Assembly: GCA_043732185.1 (NCBI GenBank)
Contig: JAYTHY010000087.1
Span: forward strand, 1-64,000
DNA from: Fibrobacteria bacterium
GTDB lineage: Bacteria; Fibrobacterota; Fibrobacteria; UBA11236
DNA length: 64,000 nt
Direction of reading: 5' to 3'
In this document: piece by piece, positions 9,222 to 19,354 of the stretch
Layout: every line of letters starts with the position of its first letter
How positions within the stretch are numbered: the first letter of the stretch is position 1
Made by a program: the position numbers and the translations under genes
Notes under the pieces: model-generated
Seen by the model: only the letters and a program-made list of their open reading frames with translations
Told to the model about the DNA's origin: nothing
Database searches by the model: none

Positions 9222-11468
9222 ATGCAAGGCCTTGATATTAAAGCGATCTACGGAGGTTTGGAAGCTAAGCATTCACATGCCCGCAAAACTTTAGGCAAGG
9301 CCTTAACCCTGGCTGAAAAAATTATCTGGTCGCATCTCCACGATTCCGCGCAACCAAAAATGGAGCGAGGAAAATCGTTCGCCAATCTGAAACCCGATCG
9401 CGTTGCCATGCAAGACGCTACCGCGCAAATGGCCATCCTGCAATTCATGCAAGCGCAAAAAGCCAAAGTCGCGGTTCCAACCACCGTGCATTGCGATCAT
9501 CTCATCATCGCTCGCGACGGAGCCACTAAAGATGTGGACTTGGCCAATCATGAAAACAAGGAAGTTTTTGATTTCCTAAGTTCCGCCGCCCGAAAATATG
9601 GAATGGGTTTTTGGAAACCCGGCTCCGGCATCATCCATCAGGTGGTGCTGGAAAATTATGCCTTTCCAGGTGGAATGATGATTGGCACCGACTCGCATAC
9701 TCCCAACGCCGGAGGCCTAGGAATGATGGCGGTAGGTGTCGGCGGTTCCGATGCCGTAGACGTCATGGTCGGCATGCCTTGGGAAGTTCTCTATCCAAAA
9801 GTCACAGGAATCAAGTTGACTGGAAAACTAAATGGGTGGACTTCCGGCAAGGACATCATTCTCAAGCTACTGGAAATCCTCACGGTCAAAGGCGGCACCA
9901 ACAAGGTTATCGAATATTTCGGTGAAGGTGTGGAAAGCCTTTCCTGCACGGCTCAGGCGACTGTCACCAATATGGGTGCGGAACTGGGTGCGACCTGTTC
10001 GCTGTTCCCCTATCATGCCTCCATGGGCGCTTATTTAAGGGCCACGCGCCGCGCTGACATAGCGGATTTGGCCGATCAATTTAAAGACTACCTCAATCCG
10101 GATCCGGAAGTGCTCGCCAACCCATCTGCCTACTATGACGAGGTCATTGAAATCAATCTCGACACACTCGAGCCGTATGTGGTAGGTCCGCATACTCCGG
10201 ATAAGGCTCGTCCTATTTCAAAATTCAAAGAGGAAATTGCCAAGGAAAAATATCCCGAAGTGCTCTCCGCTGCTCTTATTGGTTCTTGCACCAATTCTTC
10301 TTATGAGGACGTGGGACGCGCCGCGCATGTTGCCCGCCAGGCTCTCGCACATGGCGTAAAAGCCGTCTCCCAATTTTTTGTAAGCCCCGGTTCCGAGCAA
10401 GTTTTTGATACCACCCAGCGCGATGGCTATTTGGAGTCCCTGGATAAGCTAGGTGCTGTGGTCATGGCCAATGCCTGTGGACCTTGCATTGGACAATGGC
10501 AGCGAAAAGACCTGGCCAATGGCGTTCCCAATTCCATCATCACCTCTTTCAATCGAAATTTCCGGGGCCGCAATGACAGCAATAATGCTACCCTGGCTTT
10601 TATCGCATCTCCAGAACTGGTGACAGCCATGGCCTTGGCTGGGACTATCCATTTCAACCCACTCACCGATTCCCTAAAAGGCGCGGATGGTGTTGCTTAT
10701 AAATTGACGCCTCCCATGGCCGATTCGTTGCCAGCCAAAGGCTTCGCTTTCAATGACGGGGGCTTTATTGCCCCTGCTCAAGATGGTACTGCGGTAAAAG
10801 TCGAAGTTGCCGCCGACAGTGGCAGGCTTCAGCTGCTGGAACCCTTTGGAAAATGGGACGGCAAGGATATTACGGATGCGCTGGTATTGGCCAAAGCCCA
10901 AGGAAAATGCACTACCGACCATATATCACCTGCCGGCAAATGGCTCAAGTTCCGGGGCCATTTGGATAAAATATCGGACAACATGTTGCTCGGTGCGACC
11001 AATATATTTGGTGGGACGATCGGCACCGGAAAAAACATTCTGACGGGAGAATCGGGAAAAACCTATTCCCAAATCGCCCGCGAGTATAAAGCCAAAGGAA
11101 AGTCTTGGGTGGTATTCGGCGAGGAAAACTACGGTGAAGGTTCGTCGCGGGAACATGCCGCCATGTCGCCGCGCTTTCTTGGGGCCCGGGCCGTTATTGC
11201 CAAAAGCATGGCGCGCATCCATGAAACCAACCTAAAGAAGCAGGGACTCTTGCCTTTAAAATTTGCCAACCCATCCGATTTTGATCTGGTGCGCGAAGAG
11301 GACTTGGTGAGCATTTCCGGCTTAGCCACCTTTGCTCCCGGGCTAAACCTGCGTGTTACCCTTAAGCACTCGGATGGCAGTACGCATACCTTTGAAGTTG
11401 TGCATACGTTCAATCAAGAGCAGATAGCCTGGTTTAAGGCTGGTAGTGCGCTGAATCTTATGAGTTGA
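9222..11468 (+). CDS. Aconitate hydratase (mitochondrial-like type)
   Basis: DRVAMQDATAQMA, HCDH, GTDSHT, IGSCTNSSYED, CGPCIG, TTDHISPAG, NYGEGSSREHAA. Confidence 0.97.
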   Translation: MQGLDIKAIYGGLEAKHSHARKTLGKALTLAEKIIWSHLHDSAQPKMERGKSFANLKPDRVAMQDATAQMAILQFMQAQKAKVAVPTTVHCDHLIIARDGATKDVDLANHENKEVFDFLSSAARKYGMGFWKPGSGIIHQVVLENYAFPGGMMIGTDSHTPNAGGLGMMAVGVGGSDAVDVMVGMPWEVLYPKVTGIKLTGKLNGWTSGKDIILKLLEILTVKGGTNKVIEYFGEGVESLSCTAQATVTNMGAELGATCSLFPYHASMGAYLRATRRADIADLADQFKDYLNPDPEVLANPSAYYDEVIEINLDTLEPYVVGPHTPDKARPISKFKEEIAKEKYPEVLSAALIGSCTNSSYEDVGRAAHVARQALAHGVKAVSQFFVSPGSEQVFDTTQRDGYLESLDKLGAVVMANACGPCIGQWQRKDLANGVPNSIITSFNRNFRGRNDSNNATLAFIASPELVTAMALAGTIHFNPLTDSLKGADGVAYKLTPPMADSLPAKGFAFNDGGFIAPAQDGTAVKVEVAADSGRLQLLEPFGKWDGKDITDALVLAKAQGKCTTDHISPAGKWLKFRGHLDKISDNMLLGATNIFGGTIGTGKNILTGESGKTYSQIAREYKAKGKSWVVFGEENYGEGSSREHAAMSPRFLGARAVIAKSMARIHETNLKKQGLLPLKFANPSDFDLVREEDLVSISGLATFAPGLNLRVTLKHSDGSTHTFEVVHTFNQEQIAWFKAGSALNLMS

Positions 11469-11480
11469 AGTAAAGGCGGT

Positions 11481-12383
11481 GTGCTTTTGGAAAATACCCT
11501 TAAGCTGGTCCGGTACCTCATTGTATTTTCTTCGCTTGCATTTGCACAGTTTGATTTGACCGTTCCAGGCGCAAACATTAAAGTGGCCATTGTTACCGGT
11601 GGACATTGGTACGATACGACCACATTTGCCTCTATGTTTACCGAATATCCGGATATTCAAGATACGATACTCAACGTGCCAGATGATGGAAGCGTTTTCG
11701 ACAACATTGAAAATTTTCCTTATGATGCCATCGTCCTTTTTAATTTCCAGCAAAACCTAACCCAATCACAAAAAGCCAATTTTCTAGCCCTATTGGATCG
11801 TGGCATAGGCATAATGGTCTTTCATCATGCGTTGGGAAATTACAATGCCTGGGGCACGTATGATACCTTGGCGGGCGCAAAATATTACGTGTCCAATTTC
11901 GTGTCAGGCGGCGTGGCGCATAAAGCCAGCACATATATGGAAGGGATGCACATTTCCGTTGACGTAGTAGATACTGCCGATCCAATTTTAAAAGGCGTTT
12001 CCCGGAATTTCACCGTATATGACGAATGTTATAAAGGGATGAGCTTTACGCCTCCTTCTCATTTACTGCTTCAAACTTCAAATTTAAATTCCGACGGACC
12101 TTTAGCCTGGACTCGGCAAGTGAGGAAAAGCCGGGTTTTTACTTTGCAACTCGGGCACGGAATGGTGTCCAACTCCATTTACCTCAATTCTGATTTCCGA
12201 AAAGTTTTTTTCCAGGGTTTGCGTTGGGTCGCCCACGGGAATCTGGCTGCTATCCAATCCCCCCAATCAAAAAAATATTTTATTCTCTCCCCTGTCTTTC
12301 CTTCCAGATCTCGCAATTTATTTCTGCTAAATGGGGAATCCATATTCCAGTTAAATGGGAAGCAAGTCTTTAGAATGCATTGA
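11481..12383 (+). CDS. Secreted ThuA-like domain protein
   Basis: Signal peptide ending AFA; IVTGGH, YDAIVLFN, DECY, LAWTR...RVFTLQLGH; basic C-terminal tail. Confidence 0.8.
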   Translation: MLLENTLKLVRYLIVFSSLAFAQFDLTVPGANIKVAIVTGGHWYDTTTFASMFTEYPDIQDTILNVPDDGSVFDNIENFPYDAIVLFNFQQNLTQSQKANFLALLDRGIGIMVFHHALGNYNAWGTYDTLAGAKYYVSNFVSGGVAHKASTYMEGMHISVDVVDTADPILKGVSRNFTVYDECYKGMSFTPPSHLLLQTSNLNSDGPLAWTRQVRKSRVFTLQLGHGMVSNSIYLNSDFRKVFFQGLRWVAHGNLAAIQSPQSKKYFILSPVFPSRSRNLFLLNGESIFQLNGKQVFRMH

Positions 12384-12552
12384 AAGCTTCCCGAATAAAG
12401 TTTTGCAATTTTGGCAAAATCAGTCGTTGGTACCACCAAACCTTTTTACTTGCCGCAGTATCCATTGTTCCGTTGGATGCTCCAATTCATTGGATGATAC
12501 AATTTGATATTCGGATGATGCATGTCACCTTGGGTATAGAGGGAGGGAAACG

Positions 12553-13656
12553 ATGATTGCTATTCCAAAGCGGATTGGAATTTTGACTGGGGGTGGCGAT
12601 TGTCCGGGATTGAATGCCGTGATTCGCGCCGTGGTTAAAAGCGCGGAAATGCATGGCATCGAGACGGTTGGAATATTAGATGGATATTTCGGTTTGATCA
12701 AAAATCTGACCAAGCCGCTAATGGTGGATCAGGTGAGCGGCATTCAAGTACTGGGAGGAACAATTCTCGGATCATCGAATAAGGACGACCCCTTTCATTT
12801 TGTGGAATTAAGTGAAAAAGGTCTCCCGCAAACCAGTGACCAAAGTGGCCAAGCCATTCAGACCTGCAAAACGCATGGCCTGGAGGCACTGATTGTTTTG
12901 GGTGGGGACGGCACCATGACCGTTGCAGACAAACTGGCAGCCAAAGGACTTAAGGTCATAGGGGTGCCAAAGACCATCGACAATGACCTCATGGGCACCT
13001 ACACGACATTTGGTTTTGATACGGCGGTAGGCATTGCCTCTGAGTCGATTGACCGCTTGCATACTACGGCAGCCTCCCATGGTCGCATCATCGTCGTTGA
13101 AGTTATGGGTCGCAGCGCAGGATGGATAGCTCTGGCCAGCGGAGTTGCCTCCGGTGCCCACGCGATTCTGATACCGGAAATTCCTTTTGAACTGGAACAT
13201 CTGGCAGCCGTTGTCCGAAGCCGAAAGGTCAGGGGCAGGCGCTCCACTATTATCGTAGTCGGGGAAGGAGCCAAACCGCGCGGCGGCGAAGTGGTGGTCA
13301 GTCGCATTGTCGAAAATTCACCTGAAGCCATTAGGCTGGGCGGAATTGGCAAGGTGGTGGCCGATGGCTTGGAAACCCTTACGGGCATCGAAGCGCGCGC
13401 CGTTGTACTTGGCCACGTGGTTCGAGGCGGATCGCCTTCTGCGCATGACCGGAATCTCGCGACTCGGCTGGGTATCAAAGCCGTGGACATGGTTTTGCAA
13501 GGCGAGTTTGGTCGAATGGCGGCTGTTGCCCAAGGTGGTTTGTCATCCGTACCGCTTTCCGAAGTCGGCGGTAAAGTTCGATTTATTCCCTCAGATGATT
13601 CTTTGTTGCAGGCCGCCAGAAAATTGGGAATTTCATTTGGAGATGCTGCATATTGA
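12553..13656 (+). CDS. pfkA: 6-phosphofructokinase (group III type)
   Basis: TGGGDCPGLNAVIR, GGDGT, PKTIDNDL, EVMGR, LGHVVRGG. Confidence 0.93.
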   Translation: MIAIPKRIGILTGGGDCPGLNAVIRAVVKSAEMHGIETVGILDGYFGLIKNLTKPLMVDQVSGIQVLGGTILGSSNKDDPFHFVELSEKGLPQTSDQSGQAIQTCKTHGLEALIVLGGDGTMTVADKLAAKGLKVIGVPKTIDNDLMGTYTTFGFDTAVGIASESIDRLHTTAASHGRIIVVEVMGRSAGWIALASGVASGAHAILIPEIPFELEHLAAVVRSRKVRGRRSTIIVVGEGAKPRGGEVVVSRIVENSPEAIRLGGIGKVVADGLETLTGIEARAVVLGHVVRGGSPSAHDRNLATRLGIKAVDMVLQGEFGRMAAVAQGGLSSVPLSEVGGKVRFIPSDDSLLQAARKLGISFGDAAY

Positions 13657-13719
13657 GGATGCTTATAGCCAAGAAAGGCACTTCTTGGCAGCAGTAGGCA
13701 GTAATTTTAAAGCATCACT

Positions 13720-15117
13720 TTACAATTTAGACGGTAGGCGTTTTCCATCCGGTGCGAAAAAGCGACCATTTGAGAACCGGTTCATTTTTGCATCTGATCG
13801 AATAACTAGCTGATTGGAAGAATGTAAGCCATTGGTACGTTTTAGGGCCGGTGACAGCGATATGGTAACAGGTTTAGTTAACGCGCGATACAAGATGTGA
13901 GCAATGGTATCCTGGCCTGCCGCATTGGGATGCACTCCGTCAGCGACCAAGGATTGCAGTGCCAAAAATGGTGTGTAGACATCTATGACGGGCAAACCTA
14001 ATTGCGTGGCAACCTTTCGAACCGAAGGCACCACGGAATCCCGGATGATGTTTCCATTTATGCCACTAAAGGGCCAAACGCCCCCTACCTGCCAAGCTGG
14101 CATAGGCAGGCAAGACCAGATAGCAGGTTTGGGTGCGATGTGGGTTGCAAAAGTATCGATCAACGCTTTTGAATCGATCATGAATCTGTCATTGCTCCAA
14201 TACTGCGCGCGGGAATCATTGGTACCGAGTTTGATGGTAATGATACTCGGTTGAAATGCAAATATTTTAGGAATCATTCCATTGGTCCAATACGGGTAGG
14301 GTCCCGACTTCTGCATATAAGCGCCACTGACACCATAATTGTTCACATAAAAATTTCGGCCCAAGAGCATGTTCAATTTGGTCGCATACGCATCTTTCGC
14401 AACAGCGCCACCGACAGAGCCAACATATTGAGTAATGCTGTTGCCCACGCAAGCAACACGAGTAGACTTGGCCATGAAGGAACGGTAAATTATCGAAGCA
14501 ATGGAATCGGCTCCGGCATCATTGGGATGCACACCATCTGGAAACAAGCTGGGAAGTGATTTCAATGGATTGTATACGTCGATAATATTTAATCCTTTGG
14601 CTGCTGCCACTTGATTGAGCGCGGGAATAATACCCACTCGTAATATCGAATCCCGTATTCCATACCCATTTGGAAAAATCGGTACAGGTAGAACCAGAAA
14701 GATTTTTGGGTGTGTTGCAATGCTGGATAAAGTATCGATCAATGCTGACAAGTCCGCCGCAAAGTTGGCACCATACTGCCAGTTTTGAGGCTTGGTATCA
14801 TTTGTACCCAGTTTGATGGTTATGATATCCGGTTTAAAAGCGAACACCTCTGCAAGTTTACCTTTGGTCCAATAAGGCAGATCCCCTTTTTTAAGCAAGG
14901 TTGTGGCACTGACTCCATCATTTTCAATTAAGAAAGCTGGTCCTAGCTTAGAGCCCAATCGACTTGGGTACGAAGTAGCGGCGCCCACGCCGGCAGTAAT
15001 GCTATTGCCGATGCAGGCCCATTTAATGGGATTGGCAGGTTGGGCCTGGGTTAAACTCCAACCTAGCGCAAGACTTAAACAAAGACATTCCTTGAGTTTT
15101 TGCATGTTTTTCCACAT
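13720..15117 (-). CDS. Secreted tandem SGNH/GDSL esterase with two domains
   Basis: Two copies of ACxGNSIT, GVS, ITIKLGTND and DGVHPN; signal peptide present. Confidence 0.9.
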   Translation of the reverse strand: MWKNMQKLKECLCLSLALGWSLTQAQPANPIKWACIGNSITAGVGAATSYPSRLGSKLGPAFLIENDGVSATTLLKKGDLPYWTKGKLAEVFAFKPDIITIKLGTNDTKPQNWQYGANFAADLSALIDTLSSIATHPKIFLVLPVPIFPNGYGIRDSILRVGIIPALNQVAAAKGLNIIDVYNPLKSLPSLFPDGVHPNDAGADSIASIIYRSFMAKSTRVACVGNSITQYVGSVGGAVAKDAYATKLNMLLGRNFYVNNYGVSGAYMQKSGPYPYWTNGMIPKIFAFQPSIITIKLGTNDSRAQYWSNDRFMIDSKALIDTFATHIAPKPAIWSCLPMPAWQVGGVWPFSGINGNIIRDSVVPSVRKVATQLGLPVIDVYTPFLALQSLVADGVHPNAAGQDTIAHILYRALTKPVTISLSPALKRTNGLHSSNQLVIRSDAKMNRFSNGRFFAPDGKRLPSKL

Positions 15118-15224
15118 AATTTAGGTGTTCCGAGACTGGTTTATAGAAAGGTAATTCCAAGACAATAATCTGAGTCGGCATTTGTAACCCAAAGTTCCAA
15201 ATTTTAACCGGCCAACAGCTGAAA

Positions 15225-16646
15225 ATGATAAGCAATCGAATTAAATCGCCTTACCTTCACCCTATGTCTCATATCAATACTAGGATTCTGATTCTTTTGA
15301 TTGGCTCCTTTTTTCCAAATAGTGTTCATTCTCAGCGGGTGGACACCTTAATTTTTAACGGCCCTTCTGCCAATCGAATCGACTTAACCCAAATGGGAGA
15401 TGGTTGGGTCACGGCCTTGGACGCTCCAGCCATGATTCCAAAGTTGGATAGTCAAATTAAGACCTTTTTTTCCCTACCTGAATATCAACGATACGCAAAG
15501 TTTTTCAACGTCTATCGGGTTGAACACTTTCGATCCGGGCCACCTTCCGGAACTGATTGGGAAACAAATGCAAATGCCAATTACTACGTGAAATTCATAA
15601 ACACGTATGTACCAGCAACAGATGTGCGCTTTGTGGTTTCCCGAGAAGGGCACGGGCATGATAAAATCCTTGACGGTACCAATACCGGTAATTGGAGCGA
15701 TCGAGTGATAGCAGCACCGGCCCTAGATCCGGATATGATAGCCGAGCACCTTTTTGGACATGCCTGGCATAGGCTTGGAGACATTTACGATGGAACGAAT
15801 AGTAGTGATTTCTGGATAAATAAAACCAACGATCCACTTAGCAAAAAATGGGAACGGTGGCTGGGTTTTGTGGAACCCTATAATCATTTAAGAGTCGGAA
15901 TCTATCCAATTGTAAACAGCACCGCATACCGGGAATTAAATTCCACGAGGACTTTGATGGCCGACATTTGGGACTATAAGACGATGCCAATAGTGCACAC
16001 GCCGGTTGAAAGAGAAAAGGTGGTACATGATTTCTATGCTTTGGTGCGCCCATTGGACAATTACACTGCAAATGCTATTCCATTAGTGAACCCAACGCAA
16101 ATTGAAGTCAAAACCGTGGACCCAGCTGTAATCCAGGTAGATTGGTACGTGGACGATAAACTAGTGGCTAAGGATGGCGGAGCGATCTTAAATCCCATCA
16201 AGTATGGAAGTATTCTTGGGCAACATGCCGTGCGTGCCCACGCCTTTGACCGCATACTGAACTATACCAATTCGGATCGTCTTCGGGGAAAATCAGACTC
16301 CCTGGACTGGGTCAGAGATGATTTTTTGGATTTGCAACAAGATGTTTCCTGGGCTGTAAACATTACCAAAGTGGTTTCTTTGGAGCCAAGAAATATTATG
16401 GGACCGTTGTTCCGTCATTTCGATGAAACCGCCATAGTACTTTATTTTCCCAATGCTGGAAATTATGCCGTGGACCTATTCAGTATGCATGGAGAAAAAA
16501 TTTCCGAACTGGGATCTGGCTATGCTAAGGATAGCCAAGTCACCCTGCACTGGGACGGTCTAAACTATCGTACTCAAATAGTGTTCATTCGGGTGCGTCT
16601 GGAAAATCACACGACATGGCACAAGTGGATTGGCAGAGATCATTAA
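15225..16646 (+). CDS. Secreted M64 (IgA peptidase)-like protein with a degenerate active site and a C-terminal sorting-like domain
   Basis: NGPSANRIDL..MGDGW, Y.RY..FFNVYRV, KWERWLG; the Zn motif reads HLFGH...LGDIY. Confidence 0.75.
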   Translation: MISNRIKSPYLHPMSHINTRILILLIGSFFPNSVHSQRVDTLIFNGPSANRIDLTQMGDGWVTALDAPAMIPKLDSQIKTFFSLPEYQRYAKFFNVYRVEHFRSGPPSGTDWETNANANYYVKFINTYVPATDVRFVVSREGHGHDKILDGTNTGNWSDRVIAAPALDPDMIAEHLFGHAWHRLGDIYDGTNSSDFWINKTNDPLSKKWERWLGFVEPYNHLRVGIYPIVNSTAYRELNSTRTLMADIWDYKTMPIVHTPVEREKVVHDFYALVRPLDNYTANAIPLVNPTQIEVKTVDPAVIQVDWYVDDKLVAKDGGAILNPIKYGSILGQHAVRAHAFDRILNYTNSDRLRGKSDSLDWVRDDFLDLQQDVSWAVNITKVVSLEPRNIMGPLFRHFDETAIVLYFPNAGNYAVDLFSMHGEKISELGSGYAKDSQVTLHWDGLNYRTQIVFIRVRLENHTTWHKWIGRDH

Positions 16647-16688
16647 CTCGTCCAAGCCTTTCAAGTTACGTTAAATCCAAAATAAATT

Positions 16689-16715
16689 TAAGATTCCAAA
16701 AACAATTACCGATAC
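16689..16715 (+). promoter_or_regulatory. Putative sigma-28 (FliA)-type promoter
   Basis: TAAG-N15-ACCGATAC against the consensus TAAA-N15-GCCGATAA; 45 nt upstream of ATG 16761, which has an AAGGAG RBS. Confidence 0.55.
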
Positions 16716-16760
16716 GACTTTTGGGGGGCGCTGCATGAGTTCCCCATTTCAAGGAGTAAC

Positions 16761-17441
16761 ATGGAAAGCATTTCCATTCAGTCCTATTCTGCGCAATTGC
16801 GCATTTATTCAGGTTCAACGGATCCTCCGAAACCTAAATTGTCTGATCCTTCAAGTGGAACTTCATCCAATACTGCAAGTCGTTCATCCGATTTGCAAAA
16901 CCAGGATGGTGATTCGTTCACGATGAGTCTGGAGGCTAGAATAATCCAGATTTCCATGACGCGTTCCGATGACGGCGCGCAGATTTCCGGCAAAGGGATA
17001 GGCCGGACGCAGGGAACGGATTCCCATGAGAACGAATCGCAATCAGGTGGAGTGTTCGGTTCTGGATTGGTTAAAGCCCTTATGCAAGCCTTAGGAGGAT
17101 TCCTCGGGAATGACGGGGCCAGCGCCACTGACAAGACTGCGGCAGTCGAATCGGATAGCATTCCAGAACATGAGCATCACACCCACCCTCGCAAAAGTCC
17201 TATGGGTAATCCAGAAGACGTGGCCAGTAAGGTGCTTCAGCATCTACAGCTGGAGCATGCGGAAAGGGGCGGTTCCTTGCAAACGTTTGTGGATGGTATT
17301 CAAAAGCGGATGGAGAATCGACGAAATGACCGAAACAGCAAGGCGGACGCGTCTGGCAGTTTTAGATCTCAGGTTGATTCACTGATTACGTCCGGTTTAA
17401 CCGCCTGGGCGCAAACAGGAGGTCTCTCCCAGCAATCCTGA
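16761..17441 (+). CDS. Hypothetical Ser/Gly-rich protein
   Basis: Strong RBS; 226-aa ORF fills the gap; DSFTMSLEAR segment. Confidence 0.7.
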   Translation: MESISIQSYSAQLRIYSGSTDPPKPKLSDPSSGTSSNTASRSSDLQNQDGDSFTMSLEARIIQISMTRSDDGAQISGKGIGRTQGTDSHENESQSGGVFGSGLVKALMQALGGFLGNDGASATDKTAAVESDSIPEHEHHTHPRKSPMGNPEDVASKVLQHLQLEHAERGGSLQTFVDGIQKRMENRRNDRNSKADASGSFRSQVDSLITSGLTAWAQTGGLSQQS

Positions 17442-17536
17442 ATTGTATCCCTAAAATGTATTTCGATTTTTGGGGCACGGAGGCCCATAATGAAAGGCAA
17501 GGACGCCTTTTCTCCCAAACTTCAAAGTCCCCTAGA

Positions 17537-18346
17537 CTATTCCGTAATGTTCAAGGTATTGAATGATTTATAAAATGATGCGACAAGGGTCGCATACAGT
17601 GCCACATTATGATTGCTGTCGATTAGGGCAAATTTCAATCCATTCTTATCCACTACGGTTTCGATTGTCGAGAAGTCCACATTTGCAATCCACTTATTCG
17701 GAAAAAATTCGATTTGACAATTGTATGCCTTATCCTTGTACCATCCCAGCATTGCAGATTTTGAATAAGTCATGTGAATTTCATTAGCTGTTGGTAAGGA
17801 AAATAGAAAATTAGTATTCATATTTTTTGACCCAGAAGTTGATTTCAAATTTCCGCCATCCGCAAAGATTCCCTTTATATAACCGATATCAGAAAAGGCT
17901 GTAAAATCCATGGTTGCCGGATTCAGCGCTCTATGTTCATCGACCTTGAATTCCAAATTGATATTTTCCGGGACCTGTGCGCCTAATTTTTCCACTTTTA
18001 GATTGGCGCTTTTATCGGTACCTGTAAAATCTACGGGATCACTTATGGAATCTTCCGCCCATAGCAGTTTTTGAACCGTCGTTTGTGTGACGCTATCTTT
18101 CAGCGTATACGAAGCTTCATGCACTAGCATTTTAAAATGCTGAATTATAATCGAATCGTTATTAGATATAGTCGCCGCATACTTTCCCATTCCCAGGATT
18201 ACCGGATTTTCAGAATAGTCTATTTTGAATTCCGTACGCAGCAGCCTCTCGTCTTCCGCATTGCCGATTTCCGTGAAACACCCATTTGAAAAAAATAAAA
18301 TTCCGGTCAAAACCAAGAGAAGGAATGGACGCACCATGCAGCTCAT
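17537..18346 (-). CDS. Hypothetical lipoprotein coupled to the TIGR02147 gene
   Basis: Hydrophobic leader ending SNGC; ATGA overlap with the upstream gene. Confidence 0.7.
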   Translation of the reverse strand: MSCMVRPFLLLVLTGILFFSNGCFTEIGNAEDERLLRTEFKIDYSENPVILGMGKYAATISNNDSIIIQHFKMLVHEASYTLKDSVTQTTVQKLLWAEDSISDPVDFTGTDKSANLKVEKLGAQVPENINLEFKVDEHRALNPATMDFTAFSDIGYIKGIFADGGNLKSTSGSKNMNTNFLFSLPTANEIHMTYSKSAMLGWYKDKAYNCQIEFFPNKWIANVDFSTIETVVDKNGLKFALIDSNHNVALYATLVASFYKSFNTLNITE

Positions 18347-19191
18347 TTTGTTCTCCCTTTGCTAAGGGGAAAAAGTTGAATATTAACCTGGACGATTCTT
18401 TCGCCGTCACCATCCGATGCCGCAAAATTACGCAGCTCTTTTCGCATGAGTTGAATTTGCTTCTTTAAATTGGGCAATTCAGATTCCTTAATGGCGAAAC
18501 ATACCGACGAAATATCGCGCTCTTTACCCGGCACTTCATCCTGCGCCCAGCCTGCCAGTTTGAGCATTTGGGCGTGGTAATTCTTAACCAGAAAAGACTT
18601 AATCTCATCATCGGTTGTAATATCCGGTTCTGCGGGCTTGTAGCCGTTGGCAGTTTTCTTAATCACACCGGATGCTAGGAGCATTGATAAAGCTTCCTCG
18701 ACTTCGTAGGGTTCAACCCGTGGCAGCAATTGACTTGAAATCCAGGCTGGACTATTCCGAAAGCCCTTTAAATTGAGCATTTCTCGAATCACGATATTAT
18801 ACCACTTTCGAAAAATCTGGAGTTGCGATACCTCCAATTTTTGGAAGGTCGATTTCGAGGTAGATTGTACCAGTTTCTGGTAATAGAAATTCTTCTCTTC
18901 CAAAGTAAGTGCTTGATTGAAAAACACCAGGTTTTCAAAATATTGCGTGCGCTCTTTATCTAAATCAAGTGCGTCTGACAATTTTACCAAAGTTTTTTTA
19001 CTGAGATTTCGCTTGCCTTCCATCAAAAATTTTAGCAAACCATGGCTTGGGAATTTTGCCTTTTTAGCGAAGAAGCGCAGGGAAAATTTTGGATTCGCCT
19101 GCTTCTGAGCCTGGTAATAGTCCTGTAAATATTGCCGGTAGTTCGAATAGTTGAGAAGATCCGGCAACTTGATGGTGCTCTTCATGGACAT
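18343..19191 (-). CDS. TIGR02147-family protein (N-terminal HTH, DUF4423-like C-terminus)
   Basis: YRQYLQDYY..K..NPKFSLRFFAKKA, GKRNLS, YFENLVFFNQA, WYNIVIRE, ERDISS, VQVNIQLFPLS. Confidence 0.92.
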   Translation of the reverse strand: MSMKSTIKLPDLLNYSNYRQYLQDYYQAQKQANPKFSLRFFAKKAKFPSHGLLKFLMEGKRNLSKKTLVKLSDALDLDKERTQYFENLVFFNQALTLEEKNFYYQKLVQSTSKSTFQKLEVSQLQIFRKWYNIVIREMLNLKGFRNSPAWISSQLLPRVEPYEVEEALSMLLASGVIKKTANGYKPAEPDITTDDEIKSFLVKNYHAQMLKLAGWAQDEVPGKERDISSVCFAIKESELPNLKKQIQLMRKELRNFAASDGDGERIVQVNIQLFPLSKGRTK

Positions 19192-19354
19192 AAAAAGTAA
19201 CCTCGATTATAGCCAATGCCTGGACTTTTTATGGCGTCTTGTACACAAAAGAGTACAGAACATGTCCAATGCGAATCCTCAAGTTACATGCCTTCATTAA
19301 CTTATCAAAATGCGGACGAATGCAAAACAGACCAATCCTAGAAATTTTGATGAA

